A stretch of DNA of 20,000 nt. Origin: Folioceros fuciformis (taxonomy: Eukaryota). Positions 17,533-20,000 of the stretch are shown one piece after another. Location: contig JBNGIO010005634.1 of assembly GCA_049999805.1 (NCBI GenBank), positions 48,330-68,329 of the forward strand. Direction: 5' to 3'. The position numbers were made by a program, and so were the translations under genes. Under the pieces are notes generated by a model. The model worked only from the letters and a program-made list of their open reading frames with translations. It had not been told where the DNA came from and ran no database searches. Each line of letters opens with the position of its first letter. Within the stretch, counting starts at the first letter, position 1.

Positions 17533-19484
17533 TCATTGTTGAAGGAGCGCCTTCTTCTCCCATATGCAGTAACCATTTCCTACGGCTGCCACATTGTATT
17601 CATCTAAACTTGGCGCTAAATTACCGATCTCAATTCTACCTCCGATCTTCATCACCACTCTGTCGTCAATCCGGGCTACGTACACGTCATGCTCTGCTGC
17701 AACAATTTCAACGTTACTCTTGGAGTTGATTCCATTGCGATTCCGGATGCTGATGAAGTTCCTCAGCTCCTCCTTGAATCCCCAGTCGAAATAGTGATCA
17801 TAGAACTGCAGGAATGAGTGCGAAGACCAAGGTTCAATCACGTGCTTTGGGCGACAGCAAAAGAAGAAATCGGGCGATTGCATGAGGACGAGGAGCTTAC
17901 GATGCAAGGAATGCCAGGGTGTGTCATGATGTACGCGTATCCCTGCATTACTTTGTCGGCGGGGAAGGGCCAGTGGGCTTGCGTGGATCCAGTGTCGTGG
18001 TTGTCTATGAAGGTCACAGACCTGGAAGGCCAATACCCCAGCATACCAGGAGGCTTGTTGTTATTATCCCTCAGCCGCCACAGTTCCCCGTTGACAGCCT
18101 GCTGGAGTATCCCCTTGGTGGTGAAGTCGAAGGCCGTGGCTCGGTCTCCAGTAGCATGCACCCAATTCACAAGCTCCTGACGGTGGCTGTCCTGGTTGTA
18201 GTCCAGCCCCTGGTCGCCATACCTGCACGTGGTCCAGACCTCGCCGACAGAGAACTCCGGCTGCGTTCGTTCAATATACATGCCGACGAAGTGGCCCGCG
18301 AAACCCTTGGCGAAGTCGAACCTCCAGCCATCGAACCCGATGTCCGTCTTGAGCCACTTCATCCAGTCGGAAAGGTCGTCCTGCACTGTCTGGTTGGTGT
18401 GATCCAGGTCCGGGGCGGCGCCGAAGTCTTCACCAGTGTCAGGGTTCCCCGATCCATCGCTGTAAGGGAAATCGTTCCCGGCAATGGCCCAGGGGCCCCA
18501 GTCGAGGCGGTCATCCGGGGTACCTCCTTCGAAGAGACACCACTGTCCTCTTTCATCTTGCCTGTCCCCGCAGCGATGGTTGATAACGATGTCGGCGATA
18601 CACCGCACTCCCTTGCTGTGAAATGCATCAATCACAGCCTTCAACTCATCCTCGTTGCCGTAATGCGTGTTGTCCAGATCCAGAAGCTTGTTAGGCATGT
18701 ACCCTGCCAAGCCACGACAGGCAATGTAACTAAACCGCGGTCCAGGGCCGTACAAACACACTGATCCGTGCCCTACCCTACTGACAACGAAATCCGATAA
18801 CTTCCAAGCAGGGGGAATGTTGTGATATATCCACACACCTTGAGGTGCCACAGAGTGCGTTGCCGGAGGAAACCAGATGTCCGTCACACCAGCTTCCGCC
18901 AAATCATCCACGTTCCTCTTCAGCACGTTATACCAGCCCTCCTTGTGCCTCCACGACTCCCAGTTGAATCCCTGCGGAGCCAGACGCGTCAAAGCCAAAT
19001 CCTCCCCCCCCCTCCTCACGCACGATAGCACCACTCAGCGACATCTAACACTGACCTGAAACATGATGATCTTGGTCCAGTCAGCCTTGATGTTACCACC
19101 ACGGCACGAAGGCTGCTCCACCTCCTCCGCGGGAGCATCCAGGGTAGCCTCACCAGTGATCTCCACCGCATTCAACACAATTTCCTCAGCCTGTGCAGCA
19201 CCATTAGCCACTCCGTTCTCGCCCTCGTGAGCCTTCTCCTCTGCATCCTCGGAGACTTCCTGCACTGCTTCCAGAGGAGGAGCTGCGGAGGATACACATC
19301 GCCAGCTCCAGCTTCGTTCCCTCACTGCGCGAGACCGCAACCGGGGACCTGCGAAGGGAGAGCAGGACGGCTTTACGGCAACGGTGGAAGCTGCGGCACC
19401 TTCCTGGGGCAGCTCCCTTGCAGGCGCATTCAGAAGAATTTCGCAGTGCACCAGAGATCTGAAACCCGACACCATGGCCGCCAT
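17533..19484 (-). CDS. AMY: Alpha-amylase, GH13 plant type (AMY1/family-one-like catalytic domain) with an N-terminal extension of about 135 aa; about 545 aa in total
   Basis: Exons 19484-19056, 18971-18839, 18703-17901, 17805-17533. Motifs: [28 protein letters not shown] (nucleophile D), SVGEVW (acid/base E), [11 protein letters not shown] (D), [23 protein letters not shown], and a C-terminal beta domain ([14 protein letters not shown]...GNGYCIWEK). The three intron positions resemble cereal secreted amylase genes. Confidence 0.96.
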
Positions 19485-19815
19485 CGTCCCGTGTCTTGAG
19501 AAGTTGAGGCACTGACGAGGACAGCCGGGTCAAGGAGGTGCCTACATAGCCTTGGAATCAGACCGAACTAACAGGTGGCGGGAAGGGAAGGCGTCGCCAT
19601 GTGTCTATCGTAGAGAAATGGAGATCAAAATGTACCGCAAACAACCGGCCATGTGGCTCCGCAGATCATATGACCGCAGACTAAGTGACACGAAGCCCAA
19701 CAGCCTGGCAATATAGATACGTACATACATACTTGTTTGTTTTGTGCGGAACTCTAACTTTCCTACATAGGTGGCCAACTAGGGACATAGGGGTAAAGGA
19801 ATACTAAGGGCTGCT

Positions 19816-19850
19816 TTCCATGCAGCCCGTATTTTACGGGCTGCATGGAA
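19816..19850. repeat. Perfect 16-bp inverted repeat (hairpin) with 3-nt loop
   Basis: TTCCATGCAGCCCGTA (19816-19831) - TTT - TACGGGCTGCATGGAA (19835-19850). Confidence 0.92.
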
Positions 19851-20000
19851 CAAGTTGCGGAACTCCACTGGGTTTGTTGGTTTTCCATCGGCACATGACT
19901 TTCCCAACTTTTCGTTTTTCACGCAAATGTGACCGGACGCGCTAGCAAACATGACCGGGTGCATCTATGACCGAGCTTGCTGCGACCCACATCGTATGAT

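Noticed and set aside
17919-18764. 281-aa + strand ORF
   Set aside because: Antisense shadow of GC-rich amylase exon 3.

Overview
Eukaryotic land-plant genomic DNA with compact 80-170 bp spliceosomal introns; a bryophyte or lycophyte origin is my inference only. There are two assembly gaps (166-265 and 7063-7462). Three spliced genes can be reconstructed by hand. (1) + strand 3475-10351: a full-size ABCG/PDR-topology ABC protein (NBD1-TMD1-NBD2-TMD2, about 1,650 visible codons plus the gap). It is very atypical: a PDZ-like domain is inserted between NBD1 and TMD1, key catalytic motifs are degenerate at both composite ATP sites, and a long N-terminal extension carries a 4x repeated W-N-P-[LV]-L-S-R motif. 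(2) - strand about 14993-10695: an At4g04980/At1g61080-like proline-rich protein with a CHUP1-like C-terminal domain, convergent with gene 1. (3) - strand 19484-17533: a GH13 plant alpha-amylase of the secreted AMY1 type whose N-terminus looks like a plastid transit peptide instead of a signal peptide. Positions 1-2600 look like decayed transposon or repeat DNA, and a perfect 16-bp hairpin lies about 330 bp upstream of the amylase. The best candidate for an undescribed system is the PDZ-containing, apparently ATPase-degenerate ABCG protein.
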